A stretch of DNA of 64,000 bases from a virus (Duplodnaviria; Caudoviricetes): the IMG/VR virus record IMGVR_UViG_3300035517_000038, positions 32,001 through 96,000 of that record; one strand, 5' to 3'. The notes under the pieces are model-generated. The model was not told the DNA's origin and ran no database searches. It worked only from the letters and a program-made list of their open reading frames with translations. Positions 50,056 to 59,098 of the stretch are shown here, one piece after another. The position numbers and the translations under genes are program-made. Position 1 is the first letter of the stretch. Every line of letters starts with the position of its first letter.

Positions 50056-50938
50056 CAAATTGTTACCCTAAAGGCTCTTTATCCTTTAGCTCTATAGATT
50101 ATTTATTCTCTATAGTTCGGAGTACATTTTCATCTTGTAGAGGAATCTTTAAGATGTCGAACACTCTTGGATATATTATATTCTACGATTACCTGTTATT
50201 AACTGACTTAAGTATGATTTACTAATCTTATATTTTGTCATAATTTCTTTTCTAGATACACCAGAATTAAAATCATTTATAATATTAATCCTATCCTCCT
50301 GACTTAGCTTATAAGTTCTAGAAGTTCTTAGTTTAATATTATTTCTAGTTAATATTCCTTTTACAGTGGCTTTATCTATATTATATACTTTAGAGATAGC
50401 TCTTAAGGAGTTTCCTTTATTGTACATACTACAAATAAGTAATTGTATTTCTTTAGGTGTTTGTATTAATTTAGCACCTTTCTGACCCCCTTTAGTAGCA
50501 TTATAACCTTTATTATAAGAATCATATTGTTCTATATAATAAATCTCTCTACTATCTAATAAACATTGTTCACATTCTTCCAACTTCTCAATAGAAAAAT
50601 TATGTTTACCATATTTAAGTATAGCTCTTTTGATAGGCATTTCCAATTCATTCTTAGAACCAGTTTTACCACAATGTCTATACCACCTATCTTTAAGAGG
50701 TTGAATAGTTTGCCCTATATAAACCTTATTGTTTATTAGATTTGTAATTTTATAAATACAACCAATCATAGTTTCAATATCTACTCTCTACACTACCTTC
50801 ATATATTATTATAAAGGTTAGCACGGTATTAACATATTAGCTGAAGTAATTCTAATAAGCCTTCACCGTTTTTGTTCGATTTTCATTTGTCTATTACTAG
50901 ACAAAGTGCCAATGTTTAGCTTATGCAGCTATGGTTAT
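50056..50938 (-). mobile_element. Group I intron 1 of MCP
   Basis: P3 TCGAAC/GTTCGA; P AAAACGGTGAA; Q AATACCGTGCT; P7 GAGTA/TACTC; ends AACAATTTG. The junction gives GCT|GAT (WFA-DGE). Confidence 0.92.
50176..50769 (-). CDS. Intron-encoded GIY-YIG homing endonuclease
   Basis: CIYKITNLINNKVYIGQT...REIYYI...GYN; two C-terminal HTH repeats. Confidence 0.92.
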   Translation of the reverse strand: MIGCIYKITNLINNKVYIGQTIQPLKDRWYRHCGKTGSKNELEMPIKRAILKYGKHNFSIEKLEECEQCLLDSREIYYIEQYDSYNKGYNATKGGQKGAKLIQTPKEIQLLICSMYNKGNSLRAISKVYNIDKATVKGILTRNNIKLRTSRTYKLSQEDRINIINDFNSGVSRKEIMTKYKISKSYLSQLITGNRRI

Positions 50939-51295
50939 AGCAAACCAATCTTCATCAAACACAAGATAGAAAGGAGCAGTACCTGCACCAATCATACCTG
51001 ATTCTTCAGTAACTACCTTACCTTCCTCATCTCTAGCTTCCCACAGAGGAATATTTCTTCTATTAGAACCAGTTACTTCCCAATAGATTTCTGAATCATC
51101 ATCAAACTGCTTGGTAGAAAATTGTGAAAGGAAAGTATCAAGGGTCTTACCCTTATTCCATGCAAGAAGGTTTACCATAACATTGGTAGCCTTCTGAGGG
51201 GACTTTCTAAAAATAGAACCAAGGTGGTTCTCTTTAGTCAGACCCTTCCAATGCTGGAAACCCAGCATTTGGAATTTCTTTAATTGTCCTGCCAT
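50939..51295 (-). CDS. Major capsid protein exon 1 (spliced product 504 aa)
   Basis: MAGQLKKFQMLGFQHWKGLTKENHLG; the four exons total 357+850+153+155 = 1515 nt. Confidence 0.93.
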
Positions 51296-51332
51296 AAATT
51301 AATAAAAATACAAATTATAATAAGTTTAAAAG

Positions 51333-52463
51333 TTATACATCAATATCCCATCCTTTACTAAAGAAGGATTCAGAGTCTTTGTTATTAGCAAAGTTTAATG
51401 TACCATCTGAATTTCTACTTGTATTATTAAGTGTATTCTCTAATTCTGCCAAACCTTTTTTCATGCCCTTTTTCAACGGCCCCTTAATAAGACCATCTAA
51501 ATTTTTAAAACCATCAGTAAGAGTATAAACAATACCTAAGTTCTTAACAAACTCAGCCTTGTTATTTAACTCATACTGTTGCAGGGCTGTATAAGCTTTA
51601 CCAGTCTTAGGGTCTTTGTAAACAGGCTTTGAAATATTATCAACAATCTTTTGGCGAGTCTTCTTATCAAGCTCATAATCCCCAAAGAGATTCTTATCTT
51701 CAAGGATTGACCTCTTGACTCCCTCAGCCATGTTGTTAATTTCTTCCTCATCCTTTTTACGCACTTCTTCAGCGTCTTTAATCAGTTGTTCATATTGCTT
51801 TTTGTAAAAATCAAGATTACCAGCAAGAGCTTCTTTAGCATCATCAATATCTGTACCTGCTTCGAGAGACTTCTTAACTTCTCTTTGTGCTCTGTCTTTA
51901 GAATATCCTCTATTAATGAAATCTTGATAGATTAAATTCTTTCTAAGATTTTCACTATTATCAGTTTCCTGACTTAATGCATCTTCAGTAATATTCTCCA
52001 ACTGACCTACAATATTTTCATATTGAGTAATAGTATCAGGTTCTACACCAACACCAAGAGCTTTATCAATCCTCTTTTGTCTTTCTTCCAAGCCTTCTTG
52101 AATTTTATCCTCAATAAGTTTCTTGAAAGCTTCTGCAGTTGTAGTACCTTGCACTACCTCATCTGTTAAGTCAGAAAAAACACCCTCCTCTACAAGAGCC
52201 TGAGTAATGGAAGAGAAAATGCTGGAAGTAGAAGAAGAACTTGCAGAGGGGGTGTCTTCAATTTTTTTATCCTCAGTTTCTTCTACATTGTTTCCAGAGG
52301 CAAATAGATTTTCAACATCTACTTGTTCTTCTTTCTCTTCTTTCTTAGTCTCTTCTTTTACACCATCAGTATCTTCCTTTTTAGATTCATCAGGGTTATC
52401 TATTGTATTATCTACAAATAGATTGTCAATGTCTATAACACTGTCTAAAGATAATTCATCCAT
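51333..52463 (-). CDS. Acidic scaffold-like protein upstream of the MCP
   Basis: Acidic coiled-coil; LIYQDFINRGYS; conserved position. Confidence 0.7.
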   Translation of the reverse strand: MDELSLDSVIDIDNLFVDNTIDNPDESKKEDTDGVKEETKKEEKEEQVDVENLFASGNNVEETEDKKIEDTPSASSSSTSSIFSSITQALVEEGVFSDLTDEVVQGTTTAEAFKKLIEDKIQEGLEERQKRIDKALGVGVEPDTITQYENIVGQLENITEDALSQETDNSENLRKNLIYQDFINRGYSKDRAQREVKKSLEAGTDIDDAKEALAGNLDFYKKQYEQLIKDAEEVRKKDEEEINNMAEGVKRSILEDKNLFGDYELDKKTRQKIVDNISKPVYKDPKTGKAYTALQQYELNNKAEFVKNLGIVYTLTDGFKNLDGLIKGPLKKGMKKGLAELENTLNNTSRNSDGTLNFANNKDSESFFSKGWDIDV

Positions 52464-52497
52464 AATTTACTCATTTTATTCTACTTCATAAGTAGTA

Positions 52498-52529
52498 CAA
52501 AGTTACTAAGTATCTACGAATTAAACAAC
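52498..52529 (-). promoter_or_regulatory. Candidate promoter for the capsid operon
   Basis: GTTG-N19-TAACTTTTG (one extra T relative to consensus), downstream of a terminator. Confidence 0.5.
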
Positions 52530-52581
52530 TTTATAAATAAGGTGCTAATAGAGAATAAAGTGTTTTACTATTTTTACAGGT

Positions 52582-52614
52582 AATAAAAATGGGTGAAGAA
52601 GATTCTCCACCCAT
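52582..52614 (-). terminator. Terminator closing the accessory cassette
   Basis: ATGGGTGGAGAA-TC-TTCTTCACCCAT followed by TTTTATT. Confidence 0.75.
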
Positions 52615-52618
52615 ACAC

Positions 52619-53059
52619 TTAACCTTTAAAATATTTATAAACCTTGGATGTGTGTTTATAATCCTCATCCATAAACCAAAAGGTAATAGCAGCATCAATA
52701 ACCTTATCCTCAATGTTAGTGGTACCAAACCAATTATACATTAACTTACAGTAATCGTGATACTGAGCATTGATTGCTATATAAACCTCAGGTATGGTAG
52801 CTCCAGTAGCAGAAAGGTGATGTTCTTTAAATACACACTTGGCTTTTTCATAATCAAAAACCCAGCCTGTGTATTTCTTCCCTTTAAAGCAATGGTACAT
52901 ACCATCTACTATTTCTTTTGCTTCTTCTTCAGTAATCTCGTGCGTAGTTGATTCTCTTGTTTCTTTTTTACAACAGAGGTGTTCCTCTACCATCTCCTTT
53001 ACTACTTCTTTTAAAGGTTCGTAAAGATTCATGTGCTTTAGTAAAAATATGGTTTCCAT
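52619..53059 (-). CDS. Conserved hypothetical helical protein of gut phages
   Basis: ITEEEAKEIVDGM...YIAINAQYHDY...FWFMDED...KVYKYF. Confidence 0.75.
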   Translation of the reverse strand: METIFLLKHMNLYEPLKEVVKEMVEEHLCCKKETRESTTHEITEEEAKEIVDGMYHCFKGKKYTGWVFDYEKAKCVFKEHHLSATGATIPEVYIAINAQYHDYCKLMYNWFGTTNIEDKVIDAAITFWFMDEDYKHTSKVYKYFKG

Positions 53060-53060
53060 A

Positions 53061-53438
53061 TTAATTCTTAACTAAGATTTTTTTTAATTCGTTAATTTCA
53101 GTAAGACCAAAGCTAACTACTTTCTTTGTAAAAGGTACAGGCACTTTAATATTACCACCACCTATTTCTATCTCACCTAAATCTCCAGCGTCAATAGTAA
53201 AGGCTTTAGAGTTAATAGCACTATTCAGCATTTCTTCAGCCATAGAACTAAAGTCAACTATACCTTCTTCATTAGCAAGTAGTTCACAATACTTTGTAAT
53301 CTTATTTGTACTATTTTTCAAAACTCTGCTAATAACAGGTTTTGCAAAATTAACAATGGGGAACTCCTTAGATACTTCATTAATTAAATAGTCAGCACTT
53401 TTCTCAAGCCTAACTACTACTTCATCAACTGTAATCAT
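53061..53438 (-). CDS. Hypothetical protein
   Basis: ORF coupled to its neighbours (ATGA overlap upstream). Confidence 0.75.
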   Translation of the reverse strand: MITVDEVVVRLEKSADYLINEVSKEFPIVNFAKPVISRVLKNSTNKITKYCELLANEEGIVDFSSMAEEMLNSAINSKAFTIDAGDLGEIEIGGGNIKVPVPFTKKVVSFGLTEINELKKILVKN

Positions 53439-53914
53439 ATATTATTTTTTAAAAATTCTTCATATGTTGCATTAGGATTGCTCTTAGCATATTCCTTAAA
53501 TTTTAAGAATAATTCCATCTCCTTCTTAGTATCTTGTATAATACTAGTCTTAATACTTTTGGTAATCTCAAGATGACTCTCAAGAATCTTTTTACCCTGC
53601 TCAGAACCTTCTATTTTACCTTTAACCAAATTCATCAACTCCTGCTGCACTAGAGTCTGTATTTGATTGTATGAAGCCACATACTTAGCATCAGTATTTA
53701 ACTGAGTAAGTTGCTCATCTGTCAAAGTTGATAGTTCAGCATCTAATGAAGACCATAAAGATTTAGTAGGTTCAGGTTGAGGTACTCTTGAATTATTTTG
53801 TAATTCTTGTAACTTCATCTTATAAGCATTAAGCTGTCTAATCTGAGAATCTAAAGAATCCATTGATAATCCTGAAGTATCAGGAGTTCCACCTAAATAA
53901 ATGTTATTGTACAT
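53435..53914 (-). CDS. Hypothetical Gln-rich helical protein
   Basis: Clean ORF; C-terminal NPNATYEEFLK. Confidence 0.75.
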   Translation of the reverse strand: MYNNIYLGGTPDTSGLSMDSLDSQIRQLNAYKMKLQELQNNSRVPQPEPTKSLWSSLDAELSTLTDEQLTQLNTDAKYVASYNQIQTLVQQELMNLVKGKIEGSEQGKKILESHLEITKSIKTSIIQDTKKEMELFLKFKEYAKSNPNATYEEFLKNNI

Positions 53915-53937
53915 GGTTTATAAATATATTAAAGGTT

Positions 53938-55272
53938 TTAATAATCTCCAGCGTTTACTTTTACTCTACCAGATTTTATATCAGATTTTGAGCAATATAT
54001 ATCTCTATTATAAGGATTCCAAAATGTGATATTAGTAGGATGGGGATTATAGGCTAAATAATATTTATATCCTTGAGTTTCCCACTTAACAACATCATCA
54101 TGAATACCTCCTGCACATTGAATAGTGTCATCATATACTAGAGTAGCACCATAAGGTTTTTGCCAAATAGTAAAACCACTTTGCTCAACCCACTTTCTAA
54201 ATTCTCCAGTAGAGTCCTTCTTCTTGAGAGTTTCAAGAGCTTGATTAGCTTTTGTAATATAATCAGAGAACATATTAGGAACTCTATTGTATTTCCAATC
54301 AACTAGGTCAGCTCCAATGTTTTTAACTAGTTTATAAAAGCCCGGCATTGCTCCTGATTCAGGAGTAAATCTTCCCCATGAATCTGTATATGTAATATTA
54401 TTTAATACAATAGCAGATGTCACAGAAGAGCTTGGAGAAGAGGTACCATCAATAATATCATAATACTTTTTAGGCAATACCATAGACCGACACTGTTGTA
54501 TAGCATATGTGGAAGTAACAGTGGCACCTGACCTTACATTGTTAGCAAGGTTAATAATAGTATTATAATAGGCTTTCCAAAGATTTTCATAATTGGTCAT
54601 TGAAACTGCTTGTGCAGTAAATACACCATCATTCCACGAAGAGGGTACCTGATACTCAGGTAACTTCATTCTAAATCTAGCTCCTACTATACAGCCATTA
54701 TATAAGCTATCATATTTCAATGCTGAATTAGCTAAACAGTTTTCATTAGAAGCATTATCATTCCACCAACCATAATGACCTCTTGGAGCATAGCACCAAC
54801 TAATATCACTATAAGGATAGTTCCAAGTACCAATAGTGCCTTTAACAGCATCTTTTAATTTTTGTAAGTATGCTGTTTGTAATTCTTTTCTTGCATCACC
54901 TTTTGCAGGATATGCAGTAGCATCACTTACATTAGTAGTATCAATAGTAGCGGCAGTTTCCCAAGCAGTGCTTGATTTAGCAGAGGTAAATGCAGTAACA
55001 GCTGAATTATGAGCTGTGCATAAAGGTATTATTTGATTTACAAATACCTTCTCATATACATTATATAATTGCTGTAGATAGGTAAAGAATCTCCAATTTT
55101 GCTCTGTAATAAAGTCCACCATATCTTGTTTATTGGAATACTTTATTACATTAGTAAAATTATTATCAGGGTCATAAGAAGTTTGCCTTGTGTAGAAATG
55201 AGAACCATCATTAGCTACTGCAAAATTTTCAAGATTTAAATAGACATCATTTGAATTAGTTGCGTATGCCAT
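53938..55272 (-). CDS. Unknown 444-aa protein, paralog of 55290-57533
   Basis: Shares W..YY, PKKYYD, PYG.T.V..D and YN.D..C.KSDI..G motifs. Confidence 0.8.
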   Translation of the reverse strand: MAYATNSNDVYLNLENFAVANDGSHFYTRQTSYDPDNNFTNVIKYSNKQDMVDFITEQNWRFFTYLQQLYNVYEKVFVNQIIPLCTAHNSAVTAFTSAKSSTAWETAATIDTTNVSDATAYPAKGDARKELQTAYLQKLKDAVKGTIGTWNYPYSDISWCYAPRGHYGWWNDNASNENCLANSALKYDSLYNGCIVGARFRMKLPEYQVPSSWNDGVFTAQAVSMTNYENLWKAYYNTIINLANNVRSGATVTSTYAIQQCRSMVLPKKYYDIIDGTSSPSSSVTSAIVLNNITYTDSWGRFTPESGAMPGFYKLVKNIGADLVDWKYNRVPNMFSDYITKANQALETLKKKDSTGEFRKWVEQSGFTIWQKPYGATLVYDDTIQCAGGIHDDVVKWETQGYKYYLAYNPHPTNITFWNPYNRDIYCSKSDIKSGRVKVNAGDY

Positions 55273-55289
55273 AATATTTAATTTTAAAG

Positions 55290-57533
55290 TTAATACTCAT
55301 TTACACCAGGTTTAATAGAACCCCCAAGAATATCTGATTTAAGGCAGCATAAGTCCTTATTATATCTGCAACTATACTGAGCAAAATTATCTATCCATGT
55401 ATCATCTGACCAATTGTAGTAGTCATTAAACACATAAGTAAAACCATAAGGAGTATCAATTATACCACCATTAGATTTAATGTAAGTAGCAAGAGTACCG
55501 TCAGTATCATATTTACCTAAAGCCCAAGTAAGGATTGTATTAGCATCTTGATAGAGGCGCGTAATCAATCTTTGGTACTGAGAAAAGTCTGCTGCATTTT
55601 GCGAAAATTTACGAGCATATTGATAACTTTCATTACCTGCATTACTGGGAGCTGTATTAGGACCACAGAGATACCATTCTGTTTGATGCCACCTTTTATA
55701 TATAACTATAGAGGTAGCACCATATATTCCATTACTGGTATTTGCTGTAGTCATGTATGTAACATTGTTAGTAGAGCTTCTACCATAAGTAACTAAACAA
55801 GGTGCACCACTTGTGGCATTAGCTGCTACATAATCAGGGTCAGGGATATTTACATAGGTAAAAGAACCTGATTGCATATTTGCGGCATAGATAGCACTTT
55901 CATTATTAGAGTTACTAGAAGCATAAGCAGATGGGATTGAGGTTTGTCCTACCCATCTGGAATTACGTCTAGTGTTACTCTTAGCCAAGTTATCAGTAGA
56001 TATAGAACCTGTTACAGTACCTTTAGTAGAGTTATTAGCGGTGCCATCAGGAGTAGCTCCTGCACCACTGGTAACTGCTGTACCATTAGCATCTTTAGTT
56101 CCTAAACAATAGGGAGATAATGTCATACCTGTTTTAGCTTTCCAACCAGCTTTAACAGCATTAAGAGTATCATAGAAGTATTGCTCTACTGTGATTAAGT
56201 TATCAGGAGTAACAACAGTGTATGCCTTTAAACCATCATATCTCTCAAGTAATTCAGCTAATGTATCTACACTGTTTGTTTGTAAACGTGCTACAACACT
56301 AGGAGCTGCAGTATTGCTAGTGGAAGCTTGATACTGAGCCAATAAACTTGGGGTAGTATAATTTGTAGTAGCATTATTATAATCATAATATGTATAGCAT
56401 ATCAGATTAGATTCATCAGTTGTACTATCTATAGTTTGTGATGTAGCCTTAGGCATAGTGGTGTATTTAAACTCTTGCATAAAATTAGCCACCATTTCTT
56501 GTGCCTTATAAGTATTATTAGGTAAGGCATCATCATGACCTATGTATGAAGTATCAAAATCAAAATCATAATTTCTACTCCAAGAGGTAGTATCATAATA
56601 CTTCTTTGGTACTGATGGTACAATAGTTTCACTAAAATATTTCTTAATAGCGTGAGAGCTATTCAGTGTTGCTATCTGACAAATGTTCTTATAGTAAGTA
56701 ACCCATTTATTAAGGAATGTAGTTAAAGCACCCATCTGATTCATCATCACATGACCATAATCAGCTTGCTGCAACATTACTTGGTTAGGACCTTTTGAAT
56801 TATTAGTACCCCATATCCAACCTCTATCTATCTTACTACCATCCCAAGCACCTGCATTATTATCCCAATAACCACTATTACAATCCCAAGGAGTAGGATA
56901 CCAACCTGGGTCTGTAGTAGAGCTGCTGGAAGAAGATTGCCCAGTCTGATTATTAGTAACAGTTGTAGTAGTAGTTGTACTACCAGGTTCAGTAGCACCT
57001 TTTGTCATTAAAGTTTGTGCATTTGTTTTCTCACTATTACTTACTAATAACTGAGTATATTGAGTCCAAGGAACTCCCCAAGCAGGAGAAATCCAGTGAG
57101 TCATCCCCTTCCATAAACCATCATCTATACTTTTATCGCTATTCCAATATACTGAATCAGTAAACCTTGTAGTATTTACTAAATGACGTACAACACCACC
57201 TGAATTATAAATGAAATCAGAATATGTAGCAGTACAAACACCTGCATACAGCTTAACATATTTCCATTGTATAGTCTTATCTGTATTAGCAGATTGCTTA
57301 GCTGCTAATAGAGTTTCAAGTTTTTTATTTAAAACATCTGCTTTAGTTTGTAAAGTAGATTTATAATTTTGGAATGTAGAAACAAGACTACGTGCATATG
57401 TGGTAGCTTCAGCCTTAGTAGCAAATGATTTGGTGGGTGTAGAGCTATAACTCTCAGGTAACATACGAGTAAGATGATTACCTTCGAGAATATCATCTAA
57501 GTTTTTAATTATATCACTAAATGTATTTGCCAT
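55290..57533 (-). CDS. Unknown 747-aa T/S/N/W/Y-rich protein
   Basis: Long ORF with low-complexity linkers; paralog of 53938-55272. Confidence 0.8.
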   Translation of the reverse strand: MANTFSDIIKNLDDILEGNHLTRMLPESYSSTPTKSFATKAEATTYARSLVSTFQNYKSTLQTKADVLNKKLETLLAAKQSANTDKTIQWKYVKLYAGVCTATYSDFIYNSGGVVRHLVNTTRFTDSVYWNSDKSIDDGLWKGMTHWISPAWGVPWTQYTQLLVSNSEKTNAQTLMTKGATEPGSTTTTTTVTNNQTGQSSSSSSTTDPGWYPTPWDCNSGYWDNNAGAWDGSKIDRGWIWGTNNSKGPNQVMLQQADYGHVMMNQMGALTTFLNKWVTYYKNICQIATLNSSHAIKKYFSETIVPSVPKKYYDTTSWSRNYDFDFDTSYIGHDDALPNNTYKAQEMVANFMQEFKYTTMPKATSQTIDSTTDESNLICYTYYDYNNATTNYTTPSLLAQYQASTSNTAAPSVVARLQTNSVDTLAELLERYDGLKAYTVVTPDNLITVEQYFYDTLNAVKAGWKAKTGMTLSPYCLGTKDANGTAVTSGAGATPDGTANNSTKGTVTGSISTDNLAKSNTRRNSRWVGQTSIPSAYASSNSNNESAIYAANMQSGSFTYVNIPDPDYVAANATSGAPCLVTYGRSSTNNVTYMTTANTSNGIYGATSIVIYKRWHQTEWYLCGPNTAPSNAGNESYQYARKFSQNAADFSQYQRLITRLYQDANTILTWALGKYDTDGTLATYIKSNGGIIDTPYGFTYVFNDYYNWSDDTWIDNFAQYSCRYNKDLCCLKSDILGGSIKPGVNEY

Positions 57534-57545
57534 AGTTTTTAAACT

Positions 57546-57941
57546 TTAAGGGGTTGTTGCTGGGGTAGTTGTAGTATCAGTAGCTACATTACTTACATAG
57601 AATACATACTTTTCTAAGAAGTCAGTATCATTATTATTAATGGCATCTTGTACTTTTGAATAATAATTATTCCAAGCTTCATACCATTTAGTAATAAGTT
57701 CAGAAGGGTCTGTAATAATGTAAGGGTCTAAGCTATCTTCTATCATGCCTGTTGTATGAGTCTTTGAATAACCATCAACAGCAGTAGCTAAAACAGCATC
57801 TGAGTTAAATGCACTGGGAGCAGTTATATTATTACCCGTCACATTTCTACCATCTTCAATACCATAAGTAGTTTTTATACCATTTGAAGTACCAGTGGCA
57901 GTGGTGCTATCTATCACTACTGGAGTATAAACAATTGCCAT
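57546..57941 (-). CDS. Unknown 131-aa Thr-rich protein
   Basis: WNNYYSKV helix resembles the two downstream proteins. Confidence 0.75.
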   Translation of the reverse strand: MAIVYTPVVIDSTTATGTSNGIKTTYGIEDGRNVTGNNITAPSAFNSDAVLATAVDGYSKTHTTGMIEDSLDPYIITDPSELITKWYEAWNNYYSKVQDAINNNDTDFLEKYVFYVSNVATDTTTTPATTP

Positions 57942-57965
57942 AGTATAATAAGTTTTAAGTATTTA

Positions 57966-58003
57966 CAAAATAAGAAAGTAGGGATATTTGCATACCCCTA
58001 CTT
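57966..58003 (-). terminator. Terminator/attenuating hairpin after the lead gene of the cassette
   Basis: AAGTAGGGGTAT-GCAA-ATATCCCTACTT followed by TCTTATTTT. Confidence 0.7.
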
Positions 58004-58017
58004 GTAATTAACCTTGC

Positions 58018-58623
58018 TTACGCTTGGCAGCAAGGACATTCTAAACCTGCAAGGGGGTTGAATGTTGACTTAGCAGTAGACGTAGTAGCTACAGACACAT
58101 TAGCAACAGAAACAGGATAGAAAGTGCTATTTACATAGTTAACTACCGCATTTTCTGCACAATGACGTCTTTCAGCCTCAAGAGCTAAAGCAGCTTGAGA
58201 ACCAGCAGCTACACCGCCAATTTGCATTTCTAACACCTTAGCTCTCCAAGGTTCAACAGCTGCATCAACAGCTTGTTTGGTTTCAAGAGCAGAGATTCTA
58301 GAAAGAATTGCATCCTTTTCATCTCTTTGGTTTTTATAGAGAGCAAAGCTGGTATCAACAATCTTATTACTCAGAGTCTCATACATTGACTGTATTTCTC
58401 TAATGTTAGAGATTTGACCCTGATAATACTGCTTGGTAATATCAACATAGTCGGCATTTTCTTTTTCAGCAACAGCAGCTACTGCACCGCCTCCAAGACC
58501 ACTGAAAATACCGCCACCTCCACCAAGAGCCAATAAACCGCCCAACGCAGTGCCGATAATACCTGTGGTAAGAGCGGCGTTTCCTTTGGCATTACTAGCA
58601 TACTTTTTTTCTTCAATTTCCAT
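58018..58623 (-). CDS. Gly-zipper / coiled-coil protein with C-terminal CPCC
   Basis: GNAALTTGIIGTALGGLLALGGGGG hydrophobic segment, heptad region, CPCCQA; ATG at 58623. Confidence 0.8.
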   Translation of the reverse strand: MEIEEKKYASNAKGNAALTTGIIGTALGGLLALGGGGGIFSGLGGGAVAAVAEKENADYVDITKQYYQGQISNIREIQSMYETLSNKIVDTSFALYKNQRDEKDAILSRISALETKQAVDAAVEPWRAKVLEMQIGGVAAGSQAALALEAERRHCAENAVVNYVNSTFYPVSVANVSVATTSTAKSTFNPLAGLECPCCQA

Positions 58624-58678
58624 AATAAGCAAATTAGAAGTGATTAATGTAAAAATAAAATGATAAAGTGAATAAGTT

Positions 58679-58701
58679 GTAAGCTTACGGGTGCAAAGTT
58701 A
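58679..58701 (-). promoter_or_regulatory. -7 box TAACTTTG plus palindrome GTAAGCTTAC at the predicted start site
   Basis: Box at 58694-58701; perfect 10-bp palindrome at 58679-58688. Confidence 0.65.
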
Positions 58702-58732
58702 TGTAATAATATTTAGAATACCTATCAATGCT

Positions 58733-58780
58733 AAAAACAACAAAACCCCCAAACTATCACTCAGATAGTCAGGGGGTTTG
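58733..58780 (-). terminator. Terminator after the HTH gene
   Basis: AAACCCCCTGACTATC-TGAGT-GATAGTTTGGGGGTTT followed by TGTTGTTTTT. Confidence 0.8.
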
Positions 58781-58792
58781 CTTACAATAGAC

Positions 58793-59098
58793 TTAGCATT
58801 GTTTTCTACTTTTGCTAAAAGAGTCTAAATCTTTCTTATACCATCTTAATTCCTTAAAGCCTTGTACGTGTGCTCCTTTAGGGATATGCCCTTCTCTTAC
58901 ATGGTTATCGAAAGTAGCTCTACTAACATTAAGGTAGTTGCAAGCTTGGTATTTACTCATACCTTCATCCTTAGTTGTGTACTTTCTAAGGATTTCAATT
59001 ATTTCTTCAGATTCATTTTCTGATATATTAGAATTTCCAGCATCAATATCCTCAACAACTTTATACAATAAATTTCTTATTATCTTTATCATTTCCAC
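58793..59098 (-). CDS. Excisionase/AlpA-like HTH DNA-binding protein
   Basis: MSKYQACNYLNVSRATFDNHVREGHIPKG...LRWYKKDL. Confidence 0.8.
   Translation of the reverse strand: MEMIKIIRNLLYKVVEDIDAGNSNISENESEEIIEILRKYTTKDEGMSKYQACNYLNVSRATFDNHVREGHIPKGAHVQGFKELRWYKKDLDSFSKSRKQC

Noticed and set aside
52207-52728. ORFs 52207-52491 (+) and 52531-52728 (-)
   Set aside because: The first is antisense to the scaffold-like gene; the second overlaps a better gene and runs through a terminator.
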